This document shows, piece by piece, positions 17,974 to 27,654 of a DNA stretch of 64,000 nt (position 1 is the first letter of the stretch; every line of letters starts with the position of its first letter). Source of the DNA: a virus; IMG/VR virus record IMGVR_UViG_3300032213_001373, positions 38,328 through 102,327 of that record; one strand, 5' to 3'. Both the position numbers and the translations under genes were made by a program. The notes beneath the pieces are model-generated. The model was not told where the DNA came from, did not search any database, and saw only the letters and a list, made by a program, of their open reading frames with translations.

Positions 17974-19536
17974 TTAAACCGTAATGTTCTGTAAGAAAGC
18001 ACGAAGTGACCCCGCAGTTAAGGCTACCCCACCCTCAGAATTAATACCTTCACCGTCCAATACAGCCCCAGCTACAGCCAGTTTCTGAGCCAGCATAGCG
18101 TGCTGTCGCTCCTCGATAGACCCCTCCATAAGGAAGTCTTGGACGACTATGGTTTTCCATGTACTAGACGCACGACGAATACGACCGTTGCGCTGTACAG
18201 CCAAGCCAGCATTCCACGGCAAGTCGTAATTAATGAGTAGGTTAGCCTGAGGAAGATCCACCCCATACCCACCAGCATCAGAACTAACGAGGATACGAGT
18301 ACCAGGCTGAGTCTGAAACTTAAGTTTAGAATCTTCTTTAGCTTTTGCATTCATCTCTCCTGTGTAGGGTGCGCTACCCCAATCCATAATTAAAGCATCA
18401 CGAATAATATCAACCATGTGTACATAGCTGGTAAAGATAACAAGTTTGTTCTTGTCATCTGAATTTAAAAAGTTATCAACATATTCTTTAAGAGCGGAAA
18501 GTTTAGGATGCTTAGTAACACTGTCTAAACGTCCAGAATCTTTTAGGCCACTGACATATCCGGAAGACTCTGAGGATACTTGCAGCAATTCAGGGTGATC
18601 GCAAAGCATTCTAAGTGCAGTTAGTTTAGACATGATACGACCTCGTAAAGCATCCGCACCTTCAAAGCTATCTGCGTGACCGTAATGCGTAAAGATGTCA
18701 AAAGACGCACCGTAGGAATCCGTAGCTTCATCTAGATCGTTGAGGATTTCATTAGCAATACTCTTGTATAGTTTTTTAGATGCTGAATCAAAAGGAACAA
18801 GAATAGGCTCAGCAAAAATTGTTTCTGGCAAGTAAGGTGCAACATCTTCGTCGGTCTGACGTTTGCGTACACACGCCTCCATCAATGTCTTGTTAAGTAT
18901 AGGAAGGTTACGGTAACGCTCTACACCACCAAAGCGGTTGCGAACAATAAAGGTTTGATCGAATAGATCAAAGCGCCCTAGCAATGAAGGGTCTACAAAC
19001 TGCATAATTGAATATAGTTCTTCCGGCTTTCCGTTCTCTACGGGTGTGCCGGTTAGAGCAAACTTGTAATCGCTCTTAAGTTTCTTTACATACTTTGATC
19101 GTTTTGATCTAAAGCTTTTGATTGCGGTTGCTTCGTCGCAGACAATGAATCCCGTAGGGAGCTGTCGTACGTACTCCCAGTCGTTAACAACTTGCTCGTA
19201 GTTAATAATGACATAATCAACCAACGAATGGCCCCAGTCGAGTGCTTCGATGTACTGGGCTTCCCTTTGTTTTGGCGTTCCATCAATAACCAGAGGTGTT
19301 GAAGTTCCATCAGTAAATTTCCTAATCTGTTCTGCCCATTGGTATTTAAGGCTAGAAAGACAGATGATAATACCTGGCTCCCGGATTGAACCGTTGTCCA
19401 TCAACTGTTCGAGCGCAGCTATAGTCAGGACTGTCTTTCCAAGCCCCAAATCATAGGCCACTAACATCTTGCCGCGATCGCACATTGCGTCTACGGCTTC
19501 TGGTTGGTAAGGCAATAAGGTACCTGTGAAGGTCAT
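17974..19536 (-). CDS. SNF2-family helicase
   Basis: LLPYQ, DLGLGKT, CDEA, ALTGTP, GGYGVDL, QRNGRIRR. Confidence 0.9.
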   Translation of the reverse strand: MTFTGTLLPYQPEAVDAMCDRGKMLVAYDLGLGKTVLTIAALEQLMDNGSIREPGIIICLSSLKYQWAEQIRKFTDGTSTPLVIDGTPKQREAQYIEALDWGHSLVDYVIINYEQVVNDWEYVRQLPTGFIVCDEATAIKSFRSKRSKYVKKLKSDYKFALTGTPVENGKPEELYSIMQFVDPSLLGRFDLFDQTFIVRNRFGGVERYRNLPILNKTLMEACVRKRQTDEDVAPYLPETIFAEPILVPFDSASKKLYKSIANEILNDLDEATDSYGASFDIFTHYGHADSFEGADALRGRIMSKLTALRMLCDHPELLQVSSESSGYVSGLKDSGRLDSVTKHPKLSALKEYVDNFLNSDDKNKLVIFTSYVHMVDIIRDALIMDWGSAPYTGEMNAKAKEDSKLKFQTQPGTRILVSSDAGGYGVDLPQANLLINYDLPWNAGLAVQRNGRIRRASSTWKTIVVQDFLMEGSIEERQHAMLAQKLAVAGAVLDGEGINSEGGVALTAGSLRAFLQNITV

Positions 19537-19751
19537 ACGAGTTCGTCTCTCCTCCAGTGGATAAAAGACTTCACGTAAACAATTGCGTAAGCAATAGCAG
19601 AAAAGATAAACCCATATTGCTTAGTAGTGACGGCATATACGATCCAAATTACTTCGTTAACTAGTAGGACTATCCATCCCCAAATAGTTTTCTTTCCCAC
19701 GAAGTAGATTCCGCAAACACCAATGGCAGCTAAAACCCAAGACCAGTACAT
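19533..19751 (-). CDS. PnuC-like three-TM membrane protein
   Basis: Three hydrophobic helices, K.IWGW motif and terminal W-R pattern as in PnuC halves. Confidence 0.55.
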   Translation of the reverse strand: MYWSWVLAAIGVCGIYFVGKKTIWGWIVLLVNEVIWIVYAVTTKQYGFIFSAIAYAIVYVKSFIHWRRDELV

Positions 19752-19759
19752 ACCTGCCC

Positions 19760-20737
19760 CTAACTGTAGATTGCAGACTCTCCGAATACGCAGTGCCTAG
19801 CATTTTCAATTCCATATACTACCTGATCCCGAGTCATGTCACCGATGTCTTTGGCGCCACTATCTCCGTAGGCAAAGAACCAGCACTCCATACCAAGCTT
19901 CTTAATCTTAGCAAACATTTCTTTAGAGGCTTTCTCCCCAGCCGGATCGATCTTGGGGTTATCAAATGCCAGTATTAACTTGTCAGCTTGACGCATTAGT
20001 TCAACCTGTTCAGAGCTTACAGAAGCTCCAAAGGTAGAGACTCCATCTGGACCTACTTTTAAAGATCTTAAATAGACCGCATCTAAAGGAGATTCTACTA
20101 CAATCATAGTTCCTCCTAACCACACGTCCAATCCAAATAAAGTCTTAGACTTCTGAACACCGGCTGGACGGTTTCTAAAGAGTCGATTGCTCTGACCCTT
20201 CTCCTGCCAGCCCATAAGCTTGCCACTATCAGCGTGACGTATAGGTGTGATCCAAGCCTCTTGTCGCTTATCCCAACGCACACCATAGTCATAGCAAGCG
20301 TTCTCAGTTAGCTTACGAGCCTGAACAGCCCACTCCGGAGGAGAGTCAAAGATTGCAAGACGGGCTTCGCTCATCTCAACTGGTCTAGGAATAGATACGT
20401 AGCTGTTACGCATCTCCTCCATCTGCTTTACAAGAAGGTCAAGGTCTACCTCAACGTTAGCTCGCAACCAATCCTTGGCTGCCTCTAGATCAAGGCGTCC
20501 CCACTCTGTCTTAAGCTCAAGCACTTCCGCGACAAGAGTTATAAGAGTTCCCTTGTATCCACAGGAGAAGCAATGGTGGACACCAGTCTCAGAGTTGATT
20601 GACCAGGATGGATTGTGATCTTCCTTGCCGGTTCTCTCTAAGTGCATAGGGCACCAACCAGTCAGCTCACTGTTCCGCTGAGTGGTATCGATACCAAGAC
20701 GTAGCAGAGCTTGCTGTACGTCACCTTCTCTATACAT
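19760..20737 (-). CDS. DNA primase (CHC2 zinc finger plus Toprim)
   Basis: CPMH...DHNPSWSIN...HCFSCG, VVESPLDA, AFDNP, KDIGD; start reassigned to 20737. Confidence 0.88.
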   Translation of the reverse strand: MYREGDVQQALLRLGIDTTQRNSELTGWCPMHLERTGKEDHNPSWSINSETGVHHCFSCGYKGTLITLVAEVLELKTEWGRLDLEAAKDWLRANVEVDLDLLVKQMEEMRNSYVSIPRPVEMSEARLAIFDSPPEWAVQARKLTENACYDYGVRWDKRQEAWITPIRHADSGKLMGWQEKGQSNRLFRNRPAGVQKSKTLFGLDVWLGGTMIVVESPLDAVYLRSLKVGPDGVSTFGASVSSEQVELMRQADKLILAFDNPKIDPAGEKASKEMFAKIKKLGMECWFFAYGDSGAKDIGDMTRDQVVYGIENARHCVFGESAIYS

Positions 20738-20907
20738 TAGTCCACCGGTGTTGGTGCGGTTGCAAGCGCACCGCATAACGCACATTCCATATCAAGCATG
20801 TAAAGAGAGATCTCTCCCTCTTCAAACATAACCTGTACCTTCCACAGCAGAGAGCCGCAGATACATACATGCAATGGTGCTTCTTTATCTCTAAGATCTA
20901 AACTCAT
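20737..20907 (-). CDS. 56-aa zinc-ribbon protein
   Basis: Manual translation MSLDLRDKEAPLHVCICGS...MECALCGALATAPTPVD; coupled on both sides. Confidence 0.75.
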   Translation of the reverse strand: MSLDLRDKEAPLHVCICGSLLWKVQVMFEEGEISLYMLDMECALCGALATAPTPVD

Positions 20908-21182
20908 GCCCTTACCCTCTTCCTACGACGCATTAGGCGCCGCTCATGAGGAGTTGTTGCTCCCCAAATACCATCCAGCTCAGGATGCTTAAGTGCATAC
21001 TCAAGACACCCTAGTGTTAACGGACAGCTCTTACAAATAGCCTTTGCTGTATACATATCTGCATACTCTTCAGGTGTCGAGTCTGTAAGGTCGTCCTTCT
21101 CCCTTGTAAAGAAGAGTTCAGGATCTACCTGTGCACAGAGCTGACTGCCATCAAACAATTGGTGTTCCGAATAGAGATCCAT
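20904..21182 (-). CDS. whiB: Second WhiB family transcription factor
   Basis: LCAQVDPELFF...AKAICKSCP...CLEYAL...GIWGATT..ERR. Confidence 0.88.
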   Translation of the reverse strand: MDLYSEHQLFDGSQLCAQVDPELFFTREKDDLTDSTPEEYADMYTAKAICKSCPLTLGCLEYALKHPELDGIWGATTPHERRLMRRRKRVRA

Positions 21183-22392
21183 ACTCTTCAAACTTTCCTT
21201 CCTCCCAGTCCCACAACAGGTCACTTGAAGCCGGTCCGCAGTTACGGCTGGCTACGATCTTAAGCTCACGAGATGTATCGTCTTCTTCATCCTGCTTTTG
21301 CAAACCAAGGATTACATCTGAGTCCTGATAGAACGATGATGAATATCCAATTGCGTCCGCGGAAACTTGACGCTTCTTCATCTTCCAGAGAAGCACCTGT
21401 GTGGAGACGACGATAGGAATCTCTTTAGCCATAGCAAGATGCTTAAGGCCACGAGTTATATTGGTGAGTGCTTGAGGAGAGTTGGACTCTCCACTGACCT
21501 CATCAAGCATAAGATAAACACCGTCAACAAAAACAATGTTAGGACGAAGCTTGTCGATCTTTGCTGAGAGTCCTGTAACTGTCATTGCTGATACTGAATC
21601 TGTTAGATAGAAGTTGTGCATGGTCTCCATCTTTGTTAGTGCTGCTTTGTAGCGAGCTTCTTCATCTGGATTAAGAGAACCACGGATAAGTCGAGAGTGT
21701 GCAATCTTGGCACGCATTGCATCGTGACGATGTTGCTGTTCAATGTTAGTCATCTCAAAAGATTGGAACATTGGAACAAACCCATCTTCGTGAATGTTAA
21801 CTGCAACCTGCATTGCAAGCACAGACTTACCGGTCTTAGGTGGTGCAATGATTGTTACAAGTTGTCCCGGCTGAAGACCTGCAGTTGCTTGGTCGATAGT
21901 TCTAAAGCCGGTTGCCATTCCAAGCAAACCATTAGGACGAGTCTTAACACTTAGATACTCATCAAAACGATTCATTGGATCTTTAGTTAGATCGATATCA
22001 GATGACTCTGCTACACCCTCATCTGCAATACGGGCAACGCCACGACTCATCGCAGCTAAAGCAGAGTTGTGATCTCCCTGTGAGATTGCCTCTGCTGCAC
22101 TCTGTACTACGTCAATAGTGTGCTGGCGTTTGCGGTACTCAACTAACTGATCTACAAGATACTCAAGAGAATCTTCTACTGCCAAGAGGTTGTAGGTAGG
22201 AAAGTTATCTTTGACTGTGACAGCTGTAGGAACTTCGCTGTACTTAGTCCAGTGCTGTCTAAGGAACTGCCAGACCTGTCGATTCTCATCAACAAAGAAC
22301 CAACCGTCCTGAACCCCGGCCTCTAGCAGAGGAGCGATATCACGGGTGCGGATAGCACGAGACAGTAACCTGATCTCATTATCTGCTGCCAT
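21151..22392 (-). CDS. dnaB: DnaB-like replicative helicase
   Basis: TGFRTID...GLQPGQL, APPKTGKS, SFEM, VFVDG, QDSDV. Confidence 0.9.
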   Translation of the reverse strand: MAADNEIRLLSRAIRTRDIAPLLEAGVQDGWFFVDENRQVWQFLRQHWTKYSEVPTAVTVKDNFPTYNLLAVEDSLEYLVDQLVEYRKRQHTIDVVQSAAEAISQGDHNSALAAMSRGVARIADEGVAESSDIDLTKDPMNRFDEYLSVKTRPNGLLGMATGFRTIDQATAGLQPGQLVTIIAPPKTGKSVLAMQVAVNIHEDGFVPMFQSFEMTNIEQQHRHDAMRAKIAHSRLIRGSLNPDEEARYKAALTKMETMHNFYLTDSVSAMTVTGLSAKIDKLRPNIVFVDGVYLMLDEVSGESNSPQALTNITRGLKHLAMAKEIPIVVSTQVLLWKMKKRQVSADAIGYSSSFYQDSDVILGLQKQDEEDDTSRELKIVASRNCGPASSDLLWDWEEGKFEEYGSLFGTPIV

Positions 22393-22799
22393 TAGACCTT
22401 CCCCTCAATGTTAATGTACTTGCTTCCATAGCGTAACCCACGTTCTGGAATATCCACAACTCCGTACAACTCTGGTCTGTAGGGAAGTTCAGCAACCAGG
22501 TCTGCGACTACGTTATATGCAATGTAATAGTTAAACGGATTAGTGCCAAGATTATCTAGATCCTCTTGTACACGATCCATTTCTTTTTGAGTATAGCCAA
22601 ACCCAACTAACTCTAAACGGTACTCATACTTTTCAGCAAAGCGCCAGAACAGAGAAAGGGATTGTCGATTGTAAGTTACCTCTTCACCGAAGACAGGGAT
22701 CCCTAGAACCTTTTTAAAGGTAGGGCTGCGATCGATGATGCAGTCAATAGCAACTGCAATTCTTGGAGGAACTTCATTTGAAATATCGCCCCCCTTCAT
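22392..22799 (-). CDS. Hypothetical protein
   Basis: 135-aa ORF, TAATG-coupled to dnaB. Confidence 0.7.
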   Translation of the reverse strand: MKGGDISNEVPPRIAVAIDCIIDRSPTFKKVLGIPVFGEEVTYNRQSLSLFWRFAEKYEYRLELVGFGYTQKEMDRVQEDLDNLGTNPFNYYIAYNVVADLVAELPYRPELYGVVDIPERGLRYGSKYINIEGKV

Positions 22800-22801
22800 A
22801 A

Positions 22802-23101
22802 TTAGACTACCTCAATTTTTCCGTAGTCAATTAATAGTTTGCGAAACAACTTGGGATCCTTACTAGCGATGATGGTGTCTAGTTTGGACGCACGATTAGA
22901 AACCTCGGTTGGATACACTCCACCGTTCTCTTCCATACGTGACTTAACAAAGCGGGTGTGCTTGCAGTTACCTCTGGAATCAAACCCAGGGCAAGAACAA
23001 CGAAGTCGTTCTGTAGAGAGATTGATTTCAACCTCGTGCACGCCAGTATCTGATAAAAAGATCTGGGTAACTTGCCAGTAATTCATCTTCGTCCTAATCA
23101 T
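22802..23101 (-). CDS. SWIM zinc-finger protein
   Basis: CSCPGF...CKH motif. Confidence 0.75.
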   Translation of the reverse strand: MIRTKMNYWQVTQIFLSDTGVHEVEINLSTERLRCSCPGFDSRGNCKHTRFVKSRMEENGGVYPTEVSNRASKLDTIIASKDPKLFRKLLIDYGKIEVV

Positions 23102-23775
23102 CGTCGTCGATCTCCTCCGGTAGCAATTATGTCAAGAGGAACAAAAGCTTCATGCCCAAAGCTCCCCATAGATTCTCCATACATTGAATCCCACTTGTCT
23201 AAAGAATAGTTGGTTGTAACGATAGTTGGCAACCCAGCATTAAATCTTGCACGTAGTAAAGCATCAAAAGTGTTTTCAGCCCACCCGCTTGCAGTTCTGT
23301 ACTCCTTACCTAGGTCATCAAGAACTAGAAGTCGCACGTTGTTATCACGACCTGCTTCTCCATAAAGACCATTGATAAGAACTTCAAGTGTGTCATCAAA
23401 CTCTGACCATTGTTGCTTCTGTAAACGAAGAAGCTTTGGGTAGTCAAGAAAAACTACTGGACGCTTTGCAGCAGAGCCTGTAGTCCCCCAACCAATAGGA
23501 GCCATAGTACGAATCAATGTCTGAGCAGTTACCGACGCAAGAGTTGTCTTGCCATGACCTGGTTCTCCCTGCAACAAAAGACCTAGCCCACACTTCTTAT
23601 CTCCGGCAGCGGTAATGACTCGTCCTTCTTCGACAAGTTTGATCCACTTATAAATCTCATCAACGACTGGGTTTTGATCCAGGTCAGAGAATTCCCACCC
23701 AACACTTTTTGTTGGGAAGCCAGCAGCATTGATCTGTGCCCTAACACTTCCAGGTAAATCTGATAGTGAATACAT
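23098..23775 (-). CDS. DnaC/IstB-like AAA+ helicase loader
   Basis: GEPGHGKT, LLVLDDLGKE, R...LPTIVTTN. Confidence 0.85.
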   Translation of the reverse strand: MYSLSDLPGSVRAQINAAGFPTKSVGWEFSDLDQNPVVDEIYKWIKLVEEGRVITAAGDKKCGLGLLLQGEPGHGKTTLASVTAQTLIRTMAPIGWGTTGSAAKRPVVFLDYPKLLRLQKQQWSEFDDTLEVLINGLYGEAGRDNNVRLLVLDDLGKEYRTASGWAENTFDALLRARFNAGLPTIVTTNYSLDKWDSMYGESMGSFGHEAFVPLDIIATGGDRRR

Positions 23776-24728
23776 TAGCCCTCCAATAGCTTAAGCATTT
23801 TCTCTTGATGCTTCTTCAAAGCATCGTCATCACCTTCTGGTTTTTCATCGCGGTGAACCAATCCGTGAATGGTCGGATAGTATGCCACAAATCTGCGCCA
23901 CAAGGGTTCACCGATTCCAGGGTCACGTAGCAACCGTGGATCAGCAAAGAACATTCTAATCGCCTTTAACATTCCAAGTCGAGTTGCACCTTCGCCAAAC
24001 ATCTTGTGCATCCAAGAACGGAAGTGATCGCGGTTCATCTGACCTGGTGTTCCTGGTGCAGCATCACGCATCAAGTCATAGAACTCAGCAATGATGTCGT
24101 TGCTATCCCACAACTCTTCAGGACGTTCGTTACGACGCATGTGCTTTGGCACCGCTTCGAACTTAGTCTTCTTGTACTTCTCGTTCAAACGTTTCTGACG
24201 ATCCTCGATCTTTCCGACGGCGCCTGGTGATGCGTCAGCTTCCTCGCTGATGCGGAGGCGGCGGGGTTTGGGATCTTCTTGCTCTTCTTCAAAAGGCCAA
24301 CTCATTTCAACTTTCCCTTCGGACGTAGTCCCTAAAGATAAAGTACGTAGTACTTTATCTTTCTTTAAGCTAAGCGACTTAGTACTAGTATTAGTATTAG
24401 CTACTGCACTACTGTCAGTGTATAGACTGCCTGAAAACCCGTCGTCGGTCAAACCGTCGTCGGTGATTCTAACGAATGGCATATTCAAATCGTTATTAGT
24501 AAATTTCCAATACGTTCGGAACTGACCTTTAACGCGATGCTTTTCCATTGTGATGTAACCAGCAAGCTTTAACTCATTCATTGCAGAACGAATTGCGTCA
24601 CGTCCTTCGCTAACATCTGGACGATCCGCTGCTTCCTCCGCAGAAATAACTCTGCCGATTTCTAAATAGAAATAAAAAAATCCGACAGCACGTTTTGATA
24701 GCCTCGGATCTGTTGCGGGTGATTTCAT
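23775..24728 (-). CDS. Putative replication initiator (N-terminal wHTH)
   Basis: DPRLS..A.G and EGRDAIRSAMNELKLAGYI motifs; directly upstream of the loader. Confidence 0.7.
   Translation of the reverse strand: MKSPATDPRLSKRAVGFFYFYLEIGRVISAEEAADRPDVSEGRDAIRSAMNELKLAGYITMEKHRVKGQFRTYWKFTNNDLNMPFVRITDDGLTDDGFSGSLYTDSSAVANTNTSTKSLSLKKDKVLRTLSLGTTSEGKVEMSWPFEEEQEDPKPRRLRISEEADASPGAVGKIEDRQKRLNEKYKKTKFEAVPKHMRRNERPEELWDSNDIIAEFYDLMRDAAPGTPGQMNRDHFRSWMHKMFGEGATRLGMLKAIRMFFADPRLLRDPGIGEPLWRRFVAYYPTIHGLVHRDEKPEGDDDALKKHQEKMLKLLEG
24334..24464. repeat. Candidate origin elements: 13-bp perfect inverted repeat and two 11-bp direct repeats
   Basis: AAAGATAAAGTAC-GTA-GTACTTTATCTTT (24334-24362); CCGTCGTCGGT at 24439 and 24454. 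Confidence 0.5.
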
Positions 24729-24751
24729 AGTCCCTCCTTCAGGAGGAGACT
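24729..24751 (-). promoter_or_regulatory. Hairpin occluding the initiator RBS
   Basis: Minus strand AGTCTCCTCC-TGAA-GGAGGGACT immediately before the ATG. Confidence 0.6.
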
Positions 24752-25015
24752 CTAGCGGGGTAAAACTCGATCAGGCAAATTGGTCTTGGCTGGGGCGGAA
24801 AGCTGCTCCACCAGGATAGACAAAACTAGGCCGCCAAAGGTCGCTGCAAGGCCGTAGACGGGCAAATAGGAGAGTTTAGTATCCAGGGTTAGGCAGAACC
24901 CTAAAGCGGCTACAAGGCCCAGCAAACCCCGCCATTTACCAAGCTGGATTATTAAACCTTCTACAGCCGTAAGAATGCAGGCAGTAGCCATAGATGCTAT
25001 GAGTACTGTGGTCAT
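24752..25015 (-). CDS. Small multi-TM membrane protein
   Basis: About three hydrophobic segments. Confidence 0.65.
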   Translation of the reverse strand: MTTVLIASMATACILTAVEGLIIQLGKWRGLLGLVAALGFCLTLDTKLSYLPVYGLAATFGGLVLSILVEQLSAPAKTNLPDRVLPR

Positions 25016-25023
25016 GTTGCCCC

Positions 25024-27651
25024 CTATTGCCTGAAGACTACCCGATCTAGGTAGAATACTCTACCAGATCCTAGAGCATCAGGAGTCGCCTCAACATATA
25101 GTTGAGCGGTCTTTGCTCCAGAAATTTCTGACTTAGGAGCGTAGGTTGCAAAGTATGCCCAACGATCCGTGTGAACGATTCTAGCAGAATAACTTTTTTG
25201 AATAATTAAAACATCAGCATCATCATAGAATCTTGCTCTGATTGTGTATTGACCGTAAGCATCCTCATTCTCAGGCTTTATAGCTGCAGAGATATAGTAA
25301 CCGGCTAAGAAATCAATCGGAAGTTTATCGGTGTGAACACCAAAGGTTGATGCAGCTGTTGACGTAATGTGACCAAAAGCAGCACCATGAGTTGTGTACT
25401 CGTCAAACAAAGATCCTCGAGTTACTTCTCTCTCAATTATAGATGAGTCAGCAATCCAACCATCAGTACTTTGTTCAAAAGATGGGGACAACAAAATTGA
25501 TGGGGTAAGTTCTGGATATGGAGGTGTGGCAAAGCCAGGCATAATTTCCCAGCTAGATCCGTAGGGCATAACTAAAGGAAGTGTCTCTGCTAGACGAGCA
25601 AGCTTATTTAGATAGTTAGTCCAACGATAGCTTCTTCCTGAAGTTGTAGCAGGAAATTCCCAAGCACAATCCACTGATTGGATGTACTCATTGTTAATTG
25701 GATTGGTAGGTACAGTAGCTCCGCTACCATCAAAGTATGTACTTGGAGAAACTCCGTCCTCTAACAAAGTTCCATCAATGTATAAGATGTCTCCTACTTC
25801 AGCATCTTCTAAATACAACCAAACTTTTGCAGAAGGAAAACCAGAGTCAACACCGTATGTTGGAGACACAGCGGTTACAGAAATTCTTTGCGCTGCTGTT
25901 GTTAAAGATAGTGGATCAGAGTCAAGAGTGTAGTCTCCGATAGGGTAATAAAGCCCATCAGCATCTGAAAGAATCGTGGTCTGTTCTTCTGTAGATTGTA
26001 GTGAAGAAAACTCAAGACGTGCAATAACATTCTTTGTAGTGTTAGAAGTTACGTATGCACTAAAGGTATAGTTTTCTGCGTCATCTACAGGAATCCAGTC
26101 ACTACATACGCCTGCAACTCCTGGGCTTGTAACTGTAAACTTACCTACCTTTGATCCTTTTATAAGGGCAGCAGAAGGGGTTGTAGATGTAGCAAAGGTT
26201 CCGTTTAAAGCTAACCAGTTGTTAGTGTTAGTTTCAAAAGATGGGTTAGAAAGATAATTAGTTTTATCTCCTGCTACAGATACGATTACTTTTCTAGCAT
26301 CTTCGTAATATTCTGTAGTTGGAGCAGTAGTAAATTCAAACATATCAAAAAGGATACGCGTAGAGGTATTAGTTGTAACACCTATGATCTCGATATCTGC
26401 GTATACCGCTGTTGCGGGTGAATTTACTCCTGCTGTAGATGGGGCGTAGAACCATTGAAAACTTTGAGTTAGGGTAACTGTAGTGCCGTAAGAAGTGCTA
26501 GATATAAGAACCCCGTCTCTGTCATACCAGTTAATTCTAGCCCGTACCGTACCACCATTCGCTGTAGCTACAATTCTTGACTGACCCCTAAATAAATATT
26601 TAGTTAAAGGCTTTACCGGGATGCCAAACAAAGTTTTATTAGAGGCAGCAGAAGGAAGTCTCAATGTGTTAGATGCTGCCGCAGCACCGCTAAGAGACAT
26701 AAACCCTAGCTTACGTGGAGCAAAGTATGGGTTGGGGTTTTTATAAGACACGGCTGGAGGAGTAATAGTTACTCCAAGATCTGCTAATGAGTTTGCGTAT
26801 AGTCTGTGAGTAATTGTTCCAGTAGTTGCAGACCAGCGACCAATAGACTCTTCAAATGATGAATCGTTATAGTCCAACATTAAGTTTTTACCTTGAGTAA
26901 TTCTTGTACCCCAATGAGTCAAAGCAGTGGAGTAGGAAATAATTCCTTCGGTAGTTCCCTTTTTAGTATTTACTAACTCACTTACGCGATATACACCACG
27001 GTGGTAGATATCACCTAAGGTAGGTTCGTAATTAAACCCTCTGTCTTCAATCTTACTTTTAAGTAGTTGCACAGGTGTAAAGGCGTACTCAGAAGACTTT
27101 TCAAGTAAATCAGCTTCTGCTCTAAGGTTGTCGTAAGCAAAAGCATAGGCAGATAGAACCTTAGTAAAGTCGTTTGTTTCTGGCTCTCCAATTCCATCGC
27201 CACTAAAGATAGATGAGTTTAGCCAGGCAGATGGAATCCACTTTTCCATTTTTATTAGTGTAGGGCTAACGTCTTCGCTTACAGACACCACGGTTGAGTT
27301 TCCGCAATTAATCCAAAAAGATCCATTAAACAACCAGAAAGAATAAGTTATCTGCGTATCTTCATCAACGTTATTGTCTACAGCAGAAAGTCTATATGAG
27401 CTAATAGTTCCGCTATCAATTATTGTTCCTTGATATGGGTTGTCTGAAGCACCTTGATAGTTACGTACAACCATCCAGTGACTAGGAGGTGGATCGTTAG
27501 GATCTGTTAATACAGATGTCCAGTATAAAGATATGGTTCGGTACCGTAAACATAATGCTTCAAGGCTTACATTGTAAAAGGCACGGTTATTCTCAATCTG
27601 GCCATACTTAAGTCCAGGAGTACCGTATACCGCAAACGAATAACGTGCCAT
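25024..27651 (-). CDS. Baseplate/tail protein (P2 gpI-like region plus carbohydrate-binding-like repeats)
   Basis: KKGTTEGI motif; repeated N.SFE...W domains; downstream of the baseplate J gene. Confidence 0.7.
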   Translation of the reverse strand: MARYSFAVYGTPGLKYGQIENNRAFYNVSLEALCLRYRTISLYWTSVLTDPNDPPPSHWMVVRNYQGASDNPYQGTIIDSGTISSYRLSAVDNNVDEDTQITYSFWLFNGSFWINCGNSTVVSVSEDVSPTLIKMEKWIPSAWLNSSIFSGDGIGEPETNDFTKVLSAYAFAYDNLRAEADLLEKSSEYAFTPVQLLKSKIEDRGFNYEPTLGDIYHRGVYRVSELVNTKKGTTEGIISYSTALTHWGTRITQGKNLMLDYNDSSFEESIGRWSATTGTITHRLYANSLADLGVTITPPAVSYKNPNPYFAPRKLGFMSLSGAAAASNTLRLPSAASNKTLFGIPVKPLTKYLFRGQSRIVATANGGTVRARINWYDRDGVLISSTSYGTTVTLTQSFQWFYAPSTAGVNSPATAVYADIEIIGVTTNTSTRILFDMFEFTTAPTTEYYEDARKVIVSVAGDKTNYLSNPSFETNTNNWLALNGTFATSTTPSAALIKGSKVGKFTVTSPGVAGVCSDWIPVDDAENYTFSAYVTSNTTKNVIARLEFSSLQSTEEQTTILSDADGLYYPIGDYTLDSDPLSLTTAAQRISVTAVSPTYGVDSGFPSAKVWLYLEDAEVGDILYIDGTLLEDGVSPSTYFDGSGATVPTNPINNEYIQSVDCAWEFPATTSGRSYRWTNYLNKLARLAETLPLVMPYGSSWEIMPGFATPPYPELTPSILLSPSFEQSTDGWIADSSIIEREVTRGSLFDEYTTHGAAFGHITSTAASTFGVHTDKLPIDFLAGYYISAAIKPENEDAYGQYTIRARFYDDADVLIIQKSYSARIVHTDRWAYFATYAPKSEISGAKTAQLYVEATPDALGSGRVFYLDRVVFRQ

Positions 27652-27654
27652 TAA

